A DNA stretch of 38,212 bases from Gemmatimonadota bacterium (GTDB lineage: Bacteria > Gemmatimonadota > Gemmatimonadetes > Palauibacterales > Palauibacteraceae). A program made the position numbers and the translations under genes. Shown in pieces: positions 36,757-38,212 of this stretch. The notes below the pieces were generated by a model, which worked only from the letters and a program-made list of their open reading frames with translations, had not been told where the DNA came from and searched no databases. Where the stretch lies: contig JBDHAC010000031.1 in NCBI GenBank assembly GCA_039588275.1, positions 1 to 38,212 on the forward strand. The letters are read 5' to 3'. Each line of letters starts with the position of its first letter. Positions within the stretch are counted from its first letter, which is position 1.

Positions 36757-37215
36757 TCAGCCCTCCCGCGCCGTGACGTGGATGGCACGTCGGATCCGTT
36801 GGTAAGTGCCGCACCGGCAAACGTTGCCGGACATGGCGGCATCGATGTCCTCGTCCGTGGGATCGGGCCTGGAGGCGAGGAGGGCGGCCGCGGACATGAT
36901 CTGCCCCGAGTGGCAGTACCCGCATTGGGGTACCTCCTCCGCGATCCACGCCCTCTGGATGGGGTGGCTGCCGTCGGGCGAGAGCCCCTCGATGGTCGTG
37001 ACCGGCTGGTCCCCGAGTGCGGACACCTGGGTGACGCACGAGCGCACGGGCTGACCGTCCACGTGCACCGTACACGCCCCGCACAACGCTGCGCCGCACC
37101 CGAACTTCGTTCCAGTGAGCTGCAGGTGGTCGCGGAGCACCCACAGAAGCGGTGTGTCCGGCTCGACTTCGACGCTGTGGTCCTGTCCGTTCACCCGGAG
37201 CGTGAATGACGCCAT
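36757..37215 (-). CDS. iorA: 2x[2Fe-2S] small subunit (isoquinoline 1-oxidoreductase alpha-like)
   Basis: [37 protein letters not shown]. Confidence 0.95.
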   Translation of the reverse strand: MASFTLRVNGQDHSVEVEPDTPLLWVLRDHLQLTGTKFGCGAALCGACTVHVDGQPVRSCVTQVSALGDQPVTTIEGLSPDGSHPIQRAWIAEEVPQCGYCHSGQIMSAAALLASRPDPTDEDIDAAMSGNVCRCGTYQRIRRAIHVTAREG

Positions 37216-37371
37216 CGTGGGGCCTCCTTCGTCACGAGTCGCATCGAACGTAGGCGTGGCGCCTCGATCCTTACAACACGGCGACGGCGAAGCGGGTTGA
37301 ACGGCTCATGCAATGCAGGCACCTCGGAAGCGCGACGCCGGGTGGGGTCTCGGCCGTTGCTTTCTTGCCCG

Positions 37372-37917
37372 CTACTTGCGCGGGTGGCGACCGGGCGATT
37401 CCCGGTGCCGCGTCGCGCAGTTGATCTTCCACGCCGTAGCCAGGGCAGTCAGGTCGATGGAATCCGCGGCATTGAACAGGCGCGCCCTGCCGAACAGGCT
37501 GTCTCCGTCATCGAACAGGGCGACGCCCGCGCGCGTGGAGCCGTCGGACCACAACAGCCACAGCGTGTCGGCGCGCGGGAACCACCGCAGGATATCGGCG
37601 AGCGGATCGTCACGCTCCACACCCAGCGGGACAGCTCGTCGTGTCGCCTGGGCTCGCCCCCATTGGTCGATCGAGTCCGGCATGAGCATGACGCGCGTGG
37701 GGGCAGGGAGCTCCACGGAATCCGGGGTGGCCTCGAACGCCGATGCCTCCCAGGGATCCAGCCGGAGCTCATAGCAACCGAGAAGCTCCCAGGGGTTCAG
37801 ATCGGGACGGGGTGGTGGCGCGAGCTCCTCCGGAGACGGCACCCGACCTCGGCCCAGAAGCGCCACGAGCGAGAGCGACGTCAGTAGGCCGAGCGCGACT
37901 AGGATCCGCTTCAGCAT
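37372..37917 (-). CDS. Hypothetical exported/membrane-anchored protein
   Basis: N-terminal MLKRILVALGLLTSLSLVALL, beta-rich body with two Cys (GCY...INC). Confidence 0.7.
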   Translation of the reverse strand: MLKRILVALGLLTSLSLVALLGRGRVPSPEELAPPPRPDLNPWELLGCYELRLDPWEASAFEATPDSVELPAPTRVMLMPDSIDQWGRAQATRRAVPLGVERDDPLADILRWFPRADTLWLLWSDGSTRAGVALFDDGDSLFGRARLFNAADSIDLTALATAWKINCATRHRESPGRHPRK

Positions 37918-38119
37918 AGGGTGGCGGCCGTCCTGCGTTTCAGGGTCATCGGGCCGGGGGCTCCCTCACGTTCACGCCGATCTAACGCGTCGCCGGTCTC
38001 ACGTCTGATCTTGGGAAGTTCGCGGTGCCCGTATCACATCTCGAGACGCGTGGGCACGCCGTGACGACACGTGAAACTGCCCTCGGGAGGGGAGAAGGGG
38101 CAACGCCGACGCGTCTCGC

Positions 38120-38212
38120 TCAGGCCGCGTAGTGAAGAACGGCGAAGAAGTGGCATGCGGAGCCGGCCAGCACGAACAGGTGCCAGACGAAATGGCTGAA
38201 CCGGACGGTCTT
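38120..38212 (-). CDS. Hemolysin III/PAQR family membrane protein (3' end only; not in ORF track)
   Basis: Manual translation KTVRFSHFVWHLFVLAGSACHFFAVLHYAA* matches the family C-terminal H-x3-H-LFVLAG...H motif. Confidence 0.88.
   Translation of the reverse strand, partial: KTVRFSHFVWHLFVLAGSACHFFAVLHYAA

Noticed and set aside
38042..38118. 10-bp inverted repeat CGAGACGCGT/ACGCGTCTCG as a riboswitch or MITE
   Set aside because: Single copy, no target-site duplication or riboswitch consensus; most likely 3'-UTR structure or chance.

Overview
High-GC bacterial chromosomal segment, most like Gemmatimonadota judging by gene content (SusC/SusD-like pair, barrel-less TonB-plug protein, NHL-propeller lipoprotein, kinase-TolB_N-TPR protein); this taxonomy is inferred. 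About 29 CDSs; no rRNA, tRNA, CRISPR or mobile element was recognised. In order: (i) a Zn alcohol dehydrogenase, apparently clipped at its C-terminus, followed by a co-directional cluster of a 5-TM His-rich membrane domain fused to a pentaheme c-type cytochrome, a beta-propeller lipoprotein and an FG-GAP/ASPIC-UnbV/TPR protein; (ii) a NarL/NreC-like two-component system; (iii) an unknown lipoprotein, an Rrf2 regulator, a plug-only TonB-type protein, SusC/SusD and a duplicated FG-GAP/ASPIC lipoprotein; (iv) an internally duplicated hypothetical protein, an acyl-CoA dehydrogenase and a MacAB-type ABC system divergent from a Spy/CpxP-like gene; (v) an atypical feoB-feoA pair, cytosine deaminase, a CMD/AhpD protein, a Ser/Thr kinase, a small CxxC protein, Tat-exported IorAB, a hypothetical protein and the 3' end of a hemolysin III family gene. 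The best candidates for something undescribed are the b/c-heme cytochrome-propeller-ASPIC cluster, the remodelled Feo system, and twin mirror-image promoter motifs between macA and the Spy-like gene. All family calls come from motif recognition by eye; no searches were run.
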